A DNA stretch of 64,000 nt from positions 2,752,001-2,816,000 of the forward strand of contig CBDCJH010000002.1 of the NCBI GenBank assembly GCA_965217775.1, given 5' to 3'. Below, piece by piece: positions 1 through 9,168 of the stretch. The stretch is from Acidobacteriota bacterium. Lineage in GTDB: Bacteria > Acidobacteriota > UBA6911 > RPQK01 > JAJDTT01. Numbering within the stretch: position 1 is the first letter of the stretch; every line of letters begins with the position of its first letter. Under the pieces are notes generated by a model, which saw nothing but the letters and a program-made list of their open reading frames with translations, was not told the origin of the DNA and made no database searches. The position numbers were made by a program, and so were the translations under genes.

Positions 1-567
1 GGTGGATTCACAAAAGGCAGTCCCGTCGATTCACCAAGAGGCTTTCCCCGATCTTTTTGCCTTTCATGCAGTTACGCCCATATCCCCAGATCCGCGGTGC
101 CGATCGGGGGAGATCGCAGGTGGACGGGAGCGCCCCCCCTTTTTGCCTCCCGGATCGGCACGGCGGTGTTGCGCCACTTACATTTGCGCAACACCCCCTG
201 GGAGGGTCGCTCCCGTCCCAAATATCCCTGCGGGAAGGCCCCTACGAAGAATACTGAAGGACTGTTGTGGCCATCCAAGGCGTCCGTTCCCCCAAGTGGT
301 GCAACATGATCTATGTAGGACCACAGGCTACAAGTGCCACTGTGGTACGCTTGAAGGGTGAAGATTCTCCGCGTCTGCCAGAGCGACACCGGCAAGCTCC
401 CTGAGATCCTGGTCGGGTGCTCCATCGTGTCACGCCCCGGCGGGGGGACTCTTGGACCGCCACCGTCCTCAAAGTCATCCAGTGGGGGGAGGATGCCGTC
501 CTGGTCCGCTATCCGGGCAAAGGTTAGACTGGAGGAAGATAGATAACCTGAAGGACAGGAGAATAGC

Positions 568-798
568 ATGAGCGAAGGAGTAACCATTGCGTCAACGATC
601 GCGGGGACTTTGGCGAGTATGGGTGTGATGCTCTTGCTGATGAACAAGAGTCTGGATTCCTTCAAGAAGCAGGTCAGTGAACGATTGAGCCAATTCGATG
701 ATCGGCTCCGCACCGTGGAAACAGGAATGGCGCGGATCGAAGGTGCCCTGTTCCATGGGGATGCTGCCCACCGGGAGGTTAAGGGATCGTCCCGGTGA
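568..798 (+). CDS. Small hypothetical protein (N-terminal TM helix plus coiled coil), mobile-element type
   Basis: 76-aa ORF with AGGAG RBS; hydrophobic N-terminus followed by a heptad pattern (LSQFDDRLRTVETGMARIEG). Confidence 0.6.
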   Translation: MSEGVTIASTIAGTLASMGVMLLLMNKSLDSFKKQVSERLSQFDDRLRTVETGMARIEGALFHGDAAHREVKGSSR

Positions 799-1267
799 TC
801 GTCGTGATCACCATTGGGAGAGAGCTTGCTTCATGGGCAACTATTTCAACTTCGCAGAGTCTGCGCGCCACACTGGCACGGACTGGCCGCGAAACTATCT
901 CTAAAGAATCGGGAGGGCTCCCCCGCCCTTTTAGTTTGCGCCGGCAGTGAGCCGGAACATCACCAGCGCGAGATATCCGCCCGACAAGTCCATCGTGCTC
1001 CAGTTGAAACTGGAACTCGGGCAATGGAAATCCCAGTAGCCGGGACTGGCCCCCGAGGGCCCGGTCTTCGACCCGGTCCCCGTGGGCGGCACTGGAGGCC
1101 CGCTTCGGCAAGGAAGTTCTCGAGGAAACCTCCATCGGCACGAACTTCTCACTCAAGGAGAGTCTCCTGAAGAACGGACCCCTGGCGGGGATTCGGGTCC
1201 TGGGTCCGAGAAGGGACCTGCTGCCAAGCCTGCTCCGGCAGGTTCGGGGGATTGCGCAGGAGCGTAG

Positions 1268-1576
1268 ATGAAGGAACCCAAGAAGGTCTTCCGGCCTCTG
1301 ACGGTTCAACAGTTCCGCGAATTGGTCGAGGCGGTGGACAACCCCTACCTGCAAGCCATGGTTGCGGTTATCGGCGGGACGGGGATTCGGAAAGGTGAAA
1401 CCTTGTCACTCACCTGGAAACGCGTGGACCTGAGTCGTCGGCTGCTGTGGGTGGAATTCACCAAGGACGACGAGGGAGATTCCGCAGTTCCCATGCGCTT
1501 GCCTGCATACGGGAGGCACAGGCGAACGAAGACACACAAACAAACCAGGCAACGGGTAGGAATCAGGGAGCAATGA
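1268..1576 (+). pseudogene. int: Tyrosine integrase remnant (element copy 1)
   Basis: TGIRKGETLSLTWKRVDL Box I motif; KEPKKVFRPLTVQQFR matches the integrase at 19729-20562; N-terminus and most of the C-terminus deleted. Confidence 0.85.
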
Positions 1577-1621
1577 TTCAAGCGGAGAATTAGGATAACC
1601 TGTTGAAAAGAAAGGACCAAT

Positions 1622-1668
1622 CCCGTAGCTCAGTTGGACAGAGCAACGGATTTCCAATCGCCGCTCCC
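1622..1668 (+). other. att junction: tRNA 5' half fused to half of a REP
   Basis: CCCGTAGCTCAGTTGGACAGAGCAACG (acceptor/D-arm like), core GATTTCCAATC at 1649-1659, then GCCGCTCCC REP arm; no T arm or 3' half. Confidence 0.8.
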
Positions 1669-1759
1669 CTTCGGCGACAAGAGAGTCCCCGCTCCTGACG
1701 AGTGCTATGATTGGGGCCGTCTCGGACTGAACAATTCTCTTGGCTTCTTTCCGAATCCC

Positions 1760-2608
1760 ATGAAACTGACCCGCAGAAAAGTCCTCAAGGCCCTCGGAGT
1801 TGGTCTGGGAACCGGCTTCGTCGGACTGAGTGGAACTTGGCTGTATGCGACGAGAGTCGAAACCAAACGCCTGCGTCTCGAGCGCGTCCAGGTGCCCCTC
1901 CCAAGCTTGCCAAGCTCACTGGACGGCCTGCGGATCGTCCTGCTCAGCGACTTCCACCTCTACCCCCACACCCAGATCGAACTCATCGACGCCGCCGTAG
2001 AGATGGCCAACGAGTGCCGGCCCGATCTGGCCCTGCTGGGCGGAGACTACGTGCTCTCCACCGCCGAATCCATCTACGAGCTGGCGCCGGCCCTGGGCCG
2101 CCTGGACGCCCAGTACGGCGTCTTCGCCGTGCTGGGCAACCACGACCACTGGAAAAACTCGGATGCGGTGATCGACGGACTGACTCGCTCCGGCATTCAA
2201 GTCTTCATGAACGAAGGATTGACCCTGTCGGTCGGCCGCCAACCACTCTATCTGGCCGGCGTGGATGACGGATGGGTCCGTCGCCACGACCTGGAAAAGG
2301 CCCTGGCGAATCGCAACGGTGAGGACCCGACCCTGCTCCTGATGCACGAACCGGACTTCGCCGACGACTTCCTGGCCGACGGCCGGGTCCTGCTTCAGCT
2401 TTCGGGCCACAGCCACGGAGGACAGGTCCGCTTCCCCTTCATCGGCTCGCCCTTCCTGCCCCCGTACGGGCGCAAGTACGACCAGGGCCTGTACCGGGTC
2501 GGCCAGGGGTGGCTCTACACCAACGTAGGGATCGGGGTGACGGCCCCTCTGCGTCTGAACTGCCCCCCGGAGGTCACCGAGATCACGCTGGTAGCCCAAA
2601 CCGCCTGA
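1760..2608 (+). CDS. Tat-exported calcineurin-like metallophosphoesterase
   Basis: TRRKVLK twin-arginine signal; DFH, GGDY, GNHD and GHSHGGQ motifs. Confidence 0.9.
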   Translation: MKLTRRKVLKALGVGLGTGFVGLSGTWLYATRVETKRLRLERVQVPLPSLPSSLDGLRIVLLSDFHLYPHTQIELIDAAVEMANECRPDLALLGGDYVLSTAESIYELAPALGRLDAQYGVFAVLGNHDHWKNSDAVIDGLTRSGIQVFMNEGLTLSVGRQPLYLAGVDDGWVRRHDLEKALANRNGEDPTLLLMHEPDFADDFLADGRVLLQLSGHSHGGQVRFPFIGSPFLPPYGRKYDQGLYRVGQGWLYTNVGIGVTAPLRLNCPPEVTEITLVAQTA

Positions 2609-2665
2609 TGCCCCGGCACTCGTGCTATCGTTGCCGCTGACGACACCTTCCGCGGAGGAACGGCA

Positions 2666-2890
2666 ATGGCAGAGCAGATTACTGTATCCGTCGATTCCGA
2701 TGTCGCCAGTGTCTACCGTTCGGCCTCAGACGAAAAGCGTCGCAAACTGGATCTGCTGGTCAACTTGCGTTTGCGTGATGCGACAGAGTCCAGGAAGTCA
2801 CTCAGTGACATCATTTCGGAAGTCAGTCGTAACGCCCAGCGGCGGGGACTGACTCGGGAGATATTGCAATCCATCCTGGACGGTGGATGA
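2666..2890 (+). CDS. Putative antitoxin of a PIN-family TA pair
   Basis: 74 aa; ATGA overlap with the downstream PIN remnant. Confidence 0.65.
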   Translation: MAEQITVSVDSDVASVYRSASDEKRRKLDLLVNLRLRDATESRKSLSDIISEVSRNAQRRGLTREILQSILDGG

Positions 2891-2950
2891 CGCGCTACGT
2901 CTTCAAATACAACGTTATGTCAGCGCGTTACTCTTTAGCGATTCTGCGTC
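2887..2950 (+). pseudogene. PIN-family toxin 5' remnant
   Basis: MTRYVF..NV plus the frameshifted VSALLFSDS resemble the PIN start (VFDTNVLVSALL); truncated. Confidence 0.55.
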
Positions 2951-3091
2951 CGGGTGGGAGTTCACGGCCATCAAATCCGGGTTCGCTATCCCTAAGCCGG
3001 CGTCGCCGGAACCAAAATTTCTTCGCCGGAGCGGTGGCGTTCCAGTTCCCGGACCTTCAATTGGCCGCGTCTTGCTCCGCCTTGGATCGAA

Positions 3092-3119
3092 GAGGGCGCC
3101 CACAAGGGGCGCCCCTACG
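3092..3119 (-). repeat. REP family 3 palindrome (GTAGGGGCGCCCCTTGTGGGCGCCC)
   Basis: GTAG plus hairpin; related copies at about 6491-6520, 17163-17190 and 17285-17310. Confidence 0.8.
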
Positions 3120-3212
3120 GAAAATTCTTCGTCCATTTGCACAAGATTTTGGATGTAAGGAACTATGAAATCTCATGCCGTTGCCGTCGCCTCCTCAGCT
3201 ACCTGAACCATC

Positions 3213-4709
3213 ATGAGCCCACTCGACATCGCGATCCTGGTCGTCTACCTGGCGTTTGTCGGCGGCTTGGCCTTCCACTTCTCCCGGCGTCAGAAATCGG
3301 CGGAGGACTACTTCCTGGCCGGTCGCAACCTGCCCGGTTGGGTCGTGGGCTTCTCCATCATGGGGACGATCGTGAGCAGCGCCACCTTCGTGGGCCATCC
3401 CGGCAATGTCTTCTTCAGCGACATGTGGGTCTTCGCCTATCACCTGGCCCTGCCGGTGGTGGTCCTTCTGACCGTGGGGCGGTTCGTGGTCTTCTACCGC
3501 CGCACGCTTCGAATGAGCCCTTACGAGTACCTGGGAACTCGATTCGGTTATCCCGCCCAGGCTTATGCTTCGGCTTCCTTCATCCTGAGCCGGGTCCTGG
3601 ACATGAGCCTGACCGTCTACTTCCTGGGGCTGGCCCTGGCCTTCGTCACTGGCTGGGACGTGTGGTGGGTGATCCTGGTGGTGGGCCTCCTGACCGTGGC
3701 CTATACCCTGGCGGGCGGCATCCGGGGGGTCGTCTGGACCGATTTCCTGCAGGGAATCCTGCTGGTGGGCGGAGGCCTGCTCTGCTCGGCCCTGATCCTG
3801 GGCCGCGGGGACGCGGGCCAGATCCTCACCACCGCCTGGGAGGGGGGCAAGTTCACCCTGGGAAGCTGGGAACCCAGCCTGATCGAGGACAATTTCTGGC
3901 TCCTGTTCGTGGGAGGGATCTTCCACTTCCTGCAGTCATTCGGGACCGACCAGAACATGGTGCAGAGGTACCTGCTGGCCCGCAGCGACCGGGAGGCCCG
4001 CCGCAGCGCCATAACCGGCATCCTCTCCTGCATCCCGATCTGGCTCCTGTTCATGTTCCTGGGAGGCCTGCTCTGGGCCTTCTACCAAGCCGACCCCTCG
4101 GCCCTTCCCCCGGAGGTCGGACAGGTCAAGGACAACATCATTCCCCACTTCATCATGACCGAGTTGCCGCCGGGGCTTCTGGGACTGCTCCTGGCCGGGC
4201 TGCTGGCGGCGGCCATGTCCAGCATGGACTCGGATCTCAACAGCGTTGCGGCAGTGGTGCTGCAGAATTTCTATCGCCGGATGAAACCTGGAGCCGCCCA
4301 GCGCAGCCAGCTCATGGTGGGCCGGGCCGGCGTCGTGGTCGGCGGGCTGCTGTCCATTTTCCTGGCGCAGCAGTGGATCGGAATCGAGTCCCTGGTGAAG
4401 TACTCGCTCGGTCTGGCTCTGGTCGTCTCGGGAGGAAAACTGGGTCTCTTCGCCCTCGGATGGCTCTTTCCGAAGGCCACGTCCAAGGGGGCCTACACCG
4501 GTCTCGCCGCCTGCGTGATGTTCACCCTCTGGGCCGCACTGACCCGGGTGGAGATGCCCAACAGCCAGAGCCCGTTGCTGGATCTGGGCCCCTACAACTT
4601 TCCCTGGATGCCCATGACCATCGGGATGATCGGGCATGTCCTGGTGCTGGCGGTGGGCTATGCCGCCAGCCGGTGGAAGAACAATAGGGAACAGGCTTCT
4701 TCGTCATGA
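3213..4709 (+). CDS. Sodium:solute symporter (SSS family)
   Basis: DYFLAGR, GGIRGVVWTD, DQNMVQRYL and AAAMSSMDSDLNS motifs; many TM helices. Confidence 0.95.
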   Translation: MSPLDIAILVVYLAFVGGLAFHFSRRQKSAEDYFLAGRNLPGWVVGFSIMGTIVSSATFVGHPGNVFFSDMWVFAYHLALPVVVLLTVGRFVVFYRRTLRMSPYEYLGTRFGYPAQAYASASFILSRVLDMSLTVYFLGLALAFVTGWDVWWVILVVGLLTVAYTLAGGIRGVVWTDFLQGILLVGGGLLCSALILGRGDAGQILTTAWEGGKFTLGSWEPSLIEDNFWLLFVGGIFHFLQSFGTDQNMVQRYLLARSDREARRSAITGILSCIPIWLLFMFLGGLLWAFYQADPSALPPEVGQVKDNIIPHFIMTELPPGLLGLLLAGLLAAAMSSMDSDLNSVAAVVLQNFYRRMKPGAAQRSQLMVGRAGVVVGGLLSIFLAQQWIGIESLVKYSLGLALVVSGGKLGLFALGWLFPKATSKGAYTGLAACVMFTLWAALTRVEMPNSQSPLLDLGPYNFPWMPMTIGMIGHVLVLAVGYAASRWKNNREQASSS

Positions 4710-4813
4710 AGGTTCCCGATGAACTGTTGCTCGAAATCCTTAGCGACTTTGTGATTCCGGATGTTGTCCTCCAAATCACCTAGAGGTCGAATGGTAGACT
4801 TCGGCTCAGTAGC

Positions 4814-5623
4814 ATGATCAATCTGCACGAACGGTTGTCGGAATTTTCTTACGGATATGGAGTTACTCGTGAGGTGGAAAACCTACTCGCCAACGCGGGA
4901 TGTCATGTCACGCCGTTTCTCCCAAGTCTGGTGCACGAAGCGAAGCTTGGATTTGATGTAAGCTTTAAGGATCCTGGCTTTATTCTCATGCTGCAGTTTA
5001 AGTTGGGTCAAGAACTTCAGCGGTTTCGCCGCTCGAATCACTCACAAAGCATCCCACCGTTGACGAAGCCATTTTGGCGCTTCGAAATAGATACTTCGGC
5101 GCGCCAGTTTAATAACTTGGTGGAGTTCGAAAACGCCGATGCGCATGTCTATTACGTCGCGCCGCGTTTCTCTGACTGGGTAGCCTATGAACAGGCTTTC
5201 CAAACTAGTCGTGTGCTTCATGAATCACTGATACTTAGGCCATCTGAGATTTTGCGCGGCATTCAAGCGCAGATCGAAAACACAGATGTCCATCGGATTG
5301 TGTACGATGAGACAAACTGCTATTTCTGCTCTGAGTTGTTCAAACTTCGCAGTGTGAAACAGCGTGAGATTTTGGAAAATATAGTCGAGCGAACATCGGA
5401 CGAAACCCTAGAAGAGAGTATCCAACGTCTGTTTGATTGCCTACAAACTGATTCTCGCGGTGAGATCCCCCATGCGCAACAGTGGGAGTATCGCAAACAA
5501 CCCTATGATCGTTCCAGACCAGATGTCGGCGCCAGGGCAGCGATAGTCGGAATGGAGGTCTGGATCCGCGGTGCTCAGTTGGTCTTTGTCACTCAGTCCG
5601 CATCTTGGAGGATAAACCAATGA
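4814..5623 (+). CDS. Hypothetical PD-(D/E)xK-like nuclease
   Basis: Lower-GC 269-aa ORF; E..GFD(x)nLQFK pattern. Confidence 0.5.
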   Translation: MINLHERLSEFSYGYGVTREVENLLANAGCHVTPFLPSLVHEAKLGFDVSFKDPGFILMLQFKLGQELQRFRRSNHSQSIPPLTKPFWRFEIDTSARQFNNLVEFENADAHVYYVAPRFSDWVAYEQAFQTSRVLHESLILRPSEILRGIQAQIENTDVHRIVYDETNCYFCSELFKLRSVKQREILENIVERTSDETLEESIQRLFDCLQTDSRGEIPHAQQWEYRKQPYDRSRPDVGARAAIVGMEVWIRGAQLVFVTQSASWRINQ

Positions 5624-5727
5624 ATCCCAGTCAAGTGGACCGCCTCAGTCCGACCAAAAATGAGGCGTTCAGCCTTTCCGCATGAGCGGTTTTCGCGACC
5701 GGGCCCCAAATACTCGAGTTAGGCGCT

Positions 5728-5752
5728 AGAAGGGGACAGTCACTTTCTCGCT
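5728..5752 (-). repeat. REP family 2 copy (AAGGGGACAGTCAC, reverse orientation)
   Basis: Related to GGGAGAAGTAGACTGTCCCTTT; similar copy at 8849-8873. Confidence 0.65.
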
Positions 5753-5829
5753 CGTTCTTTGTCGACATGGGGGGCGTCTTTCCGGAACTGGGCAGGGGTC
5801 GAGAGGATTCCGGGAGCTTTCCTCACTCC

Positions 5830-6153
5830 TCACATCTCATCCTGCCTTTGCGGTATACGTGCGACCCAGTCTGCCCCAGCAAATGTGACCGCATAAATGA
5901 GCACCTCGCAGGCTTTGTCGTCGACCGTAAAGGCTACGACGGCTTTTCTCCCGGCAGGGATCGCCCGCAAACCGGGTGCTATTTCGTTACGGATGGATCC
6001 CGTGTGAGGAGTTTGTGCCAAGCCCGCGATGGTCCATTCAATCTCGGTCAGCGTCCGATCAGCCGCCACAGACCCCGCGTAATCGAGGACCCATTGGACG
6101 ATGTCTCGAAGATCACGTGCCACCAGCGGATGGAAACGGATGCGGTACGTCAC
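5830..6153 (-). CDS. parE: ParE/RelE-family toxin
   Basis: YRIRFHPLVARDLRDI...PHTGSIRNEIAPGLR; coupled to the upstream antitoxin. Confidence 0.85.
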   Translation of the reverse strand: MTYRIRFHPLVARDLRDIVQWVLDYAGSVAADRTLTEIEWTIAGLAQTPHTGSIRNEIAPGLRAIPAGRKAVVAFTVDDKACEVLIYAVTFAGADWVARIPQRQDEM

Positions 6154-6425
6154 GTCTTCGGATCAGTCCCAATAGTGGCGCGAGCGGTTGAGAAAGCGTG
6201 ATCCTGGTCCACGAACTCGGAACGCGGTGTCTGCATGCGCATGCGGATTTCTTCGGCCAGAGCCGAAAGCGCTACGTTTCGCTCGGTCTCGTCCTGCATC
6301 ATCCGTTCGATGGCAGCCGCCACCGCAGCGCTCCGAGTAGCAAACACGCCTTGGCCCACCTTCTCCGAAAGGTACCGATGGTGGCGATCCGTAAAGCTGA
6401 GGGTCGTTTTGACGGTCATCCGCAC
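6150..6425 (-). CDS. parD: ParD-like ribbon-helix-helix antitoxin
   Basis: VKTTLSF...GVFATRSAAVAAAI; 4-bp overlap with the toxin. Confidence 0.8.
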   Translation of the reverse strand: MRMTVKTTLSFTDRHHRYLSEKVGQGVFATRSAAVAAAIERMMQDETERNVALSALAEEIRMRMQTPRSEFVDQDHAFSTARATIGTDPKT

Positions 6426-6565
6426 CTCCTTGGTATGACTGAGTCATATACCACTTCGGCGGATCCGGCTCAAGAGGAGGAGAATTCTTGGTCGGGGCGC
6501 CCTTTGTGGGGGCCCTCTTCGGTCCAAAACGGACTGTGCCGGGCGGCCCGAAGGCGAGATAATGA

Positions 6566-7945
6566 GTGATAATATCTACTGAAGGGAAGCGAGTGTCAGG
6601 ACTCTGCGTTTGCGAGTTGTTCGACTCCCGAGGGCGGCCGTTCCGCAACCGGACCGGGACCGGAGGGCTGCACCGCATCCGCTTTATCCTACCGTTGGCC
6701 GTTCTGGCCTTGGTCTCATGCGGCGGCGAGACTTCGAAACAGGCCTCCTCGGACTGCGTCGAGTGCCACCGCGACGTGACTCCCGGCATCGTCACGGACT
6801 GGGAGTTGAGCCGCCACCACGCCGCGGGAGTGGACTGTTCCCTCTGCCATGGCGACCAACATCGCACGGCGGAAGACGTGGCGCTGGTGAAGACCGCAAC
6901 CCCCGATGTCTGCGCCACCTGCCATCCGATTCAGACGGAGCAGTTCCAAGGGGGCAAGCACGCCCTTGCCTGGGTCAGCATGAACGCCATGCCCACGACG
7001 CATTGGCTCCCCATGGCCATGACCGAAGGCATGAAGGGCTGCGGCGGCTGCCATCGAGTCGGGCTCAAGAGCGAGGAAGAGATCCAGCAGTTGAAGGCCG
7101 ACGGCGTCATGTTCGGCTTGGCGTCGTGCGATACCTGCCACACCCGTCACCTCTTTTCCGTCAAGGAGGCTCGTGAACCCCAAGCCTGCCGGACCTGTCA
7201 CATGGGAATCGACCATCCTCAGTGGGAGATGTACTCCTCGTCCAAACACGGCGTCCGGCATCTGCTCAAGCAGACGGGGATCCTGCCGGAACAGGCGGCG
7301 GCACCCACCTGCCAGACGTGCCACATGCCGCAGGGAAATCACGAGGTGCGGACGGCCTGGGGATTCCTGGCGGTGCGGCTGCCCATGCCGGAGGATCAGG
7401 AGTGGGCGGCCGATCGAGCCACGATTCTCCAGGCCCTCGGCGTCTTGGACCCAGACGGTAAACCGACGCCCCGGTTGGAGGTGGTCAAGCAAGCCGATGT
7501 CGCCCGGCTGACTCAAGAGGATTGGCAACACGAGCGCGACCGCATGATCCGAATCTGCGAGCAGTGCCACTCGTCAAACCTGGTGAAAGCGGAGCTGAAA
7601 AAGGGCGATGAGATGATTCGGGAGACCGACCGGCTGCTGGCCGAGGCGATTCGCATCGTCGCTTCCCTCTACCGCGACGGCATCTTGCGGAAGCCGGACC
7701 ACTATGCCTACGACTACCCGGATCTGCTGGCTTTCCACGACGCCCCCTCGACCATCGAACAGCGCCTCTTCAAGATGCACCTGGAACACCGGATGCGCGC
7801 TTTTCAGGGAACGTTTCACAACAATCCGGACTACGCGCTCTGGTACGGTTGGAGCGAGATGCTGCAGGACTTGACCGAGATCAGGACGCTGGCGCAGGAG
7901 TTGCGCGGCAAGCACCAGCCGCCGGTGCGGAGTTCCGCCGAGTGA
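6566..7945 (+). CDS. Octaheme cytochrome c, HAO family (start uncertain; lipoprotein signal)
   Basis: Eight CxxCH motifs (CVECH, CSLCH, CATCH, CGGCH, CDTCH, CRTCH, CQTCH, CEQCH); HMGIDHPQWEMYSSSKHG; LVSC lipobox. Confidence 0.9.
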   Translation: MIISTEGKRVSGLCVCELFDSRGRPFRNRTGTGGLHRIRFILPLAVLALVSCGGETSKQASSDCVECHRDVTPGIVTDWELSRHHAAGVDCSLCHGDQHRTAEDVALVKTATPDVCATCHPIQTEQFQGGKHALAWVSMNAMPTTHWLPMAMTEGMKGCGGCHRVGLKSEEEIQQLKADGVMFGLASCDTCHTRHLFSVKEAREPQACRTCHMGIDHPQWEMYSSSKHGVRHLLKQTGILPEQAAAPTCQTCHMPQGNHEVRTAWGFLAVRLPMPEDQEWAADRATILQALGVLDPDGKPTPRLEVVKQADVARLTQEDWQHERDRMIRICEQCHSSNLVKAELKKGDEMIRETDRLLAEAIRIVASLYRDGILRKPDHYAYDYPDLLAFHDAPSTIEQRLFKMHLEHRMRAFQGTFHNNPDYALWYGWSEMLQDLTEIRTLAQELRGKHQPPVRSSAE

Positions 7946-8559
7946 CGGGTGAAGTCATCATCCTAAGCGTCCTGGGGATCGCAGCCCTCGCGGTGATCGC
8001 GGCGCTCGTCCGCCGGCCCGAGTGGACCAACGCCGTCGGGGGCAAGATTCTCGCGTTTCTTGCACTCTTGGCTCTACCGGGGCTCTTGCTTGTGGGCGGA
8101 GCCGGCCGACACTACGAACAGGCCAAGACGACCAGCTTCTGTCTCTCCTGTCACGTCATTCAACCCTACGGAGAGAGCCTTTACATCGACCATCCGCGGT
8201 TCCTTCCCGCCGTTCACTACCAGAACAAGCTCATCCCCGCTGACAAGGCCTGCTACACGTGTCACACGAGTTACACCATGTTCGGGGACGTGGACGACAA
8301 GATCCGCGGCGTGAGGCACGTCTGGCACAGCGTGATGGGCTCCGCGTCCGATCCGGTGAAGCTCTATGCGCCGTTTGAGAACCGGGCCTGTCTGGAATGC
8401 CACGAAGGAGCCAGGTCCTACGAGGAAAACACGGTTCACGCACCGTTTCGGACCGAGCTGATCGCCGGCACGAAATCGTGTCTGATGTGTCACAACCTGA
8501 TTCACGAGGTCACGAAACTGGACCGGTTCGGGCGCTGGGACCCGGAGGCGACGCCATGA
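7942..8559 (+). CDS. NapC/NirT/NrfH-type membrane tetraheme cytochrome c
   Basis: Two TM helices; CLSCH, CYTCH, CLECH and CLMCH; GTGA overlap. Confidence 0.85.
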   Translation: MTGEVIILSVLGIAALAVIAALVRRPEWTNAVGGKILAFLALLALPGLLLVGGAGRHYEQAKTTSFCLSCHVIQPYGESLYIDHPRFLPAVHYQNKLIPADKACYTCHTSYTMFGDVDDKIRGVRHVWHSVMGSASDPVKLYAPFENRACLECHEGARSYEENTVHAPFRTELIAGTKSCLMCHNLIHEVTKLDRFGRWDPEATP

Positions 8560-8768
8560 GCCGGATTCGGTCGCTGGGTTTGCGGACTGGACTCGCCGGT
8601 CGCCTCCAAATCGCTGGATTGCTGATCGCGGCCGGGATCGTGGTGGAGTTGGGAACCTTGTTCTGGAACCATCCGATCTCCCTGTTCCTGTTCCTGACCT
8701 TGGGAGCGGGTCTGGTCGGAGCGGGCATGCTTCTCTACTTGTGGTCTGTCGTAACCCGGAGCGAGTGA
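8556..8768 (+). CDS. Small two-TM membrane protein in the cytochrome operon
   Basis: ATGA overlap; two hydrophobic helices. Confidence 0.7.
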   Translation: MSRIRSLGLRTGLAGRLQIAGLLIAAGIVVELGTLFWNHPISLFLFLTLGAGLVGAGMLLYLWSVVTRSE

Positions 8769-8879
8769 CGCCAATTGGAGCCGGACGGGTCCGGCCGCGC
8801 TCTCCGAGGACCGGATCACGCTTGATACGAACGCGGCAATCGAGCAGAGAGAAGGGGACAGTCACGTTTTCGCGCTCGG

Positions 8880-9155
8880 TCTCGCTCGGTCTGGGCTGGT
8901 CGTCTCGGGGGGAACACTGGGCCTCCTCGCCCCGGGATGGCTCTTTCCCATGGCCCCATCCAAGGGCGCCTACACCGGACTCGCCGTCTGCATGCTGTTC
9001 ACTCTGTGGGCCGCCCTGACCCGGGTGGTGATGCCCAACAGCCAGATCCCATTGCTGGATCCGGGCGCCTACAACTTTCTCTGGATACTCATGACCATCG
9101 GGACGATCGGACATGTCCTGGTTTTGGTGGTGGGCAATGCTACCAGCCGGGGGAC
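8880..9155 (+). pseudogene. 3' fragment of a second SSS symporter allele
   Basis: SKGAYTGLAVCMLFTLWAALTRV matches 4400-4680; begins directly after the REP at 8849-8873. Confidence 0.9.
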
Positions 9156-9168
9156 GGACGGCGCGGAT

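Noticed and set aside
1622-1700. Functional tRNA gene
   Set aside because: Only the D arm and part of the anticodon arm are present; there is no T arm or acceptor 3' strand.
5620-5727. Integron attC (GTTAGGC at 5718)
   Set aside because: No matching RYYYAAC or paired L boxes, and no IntI in the window.
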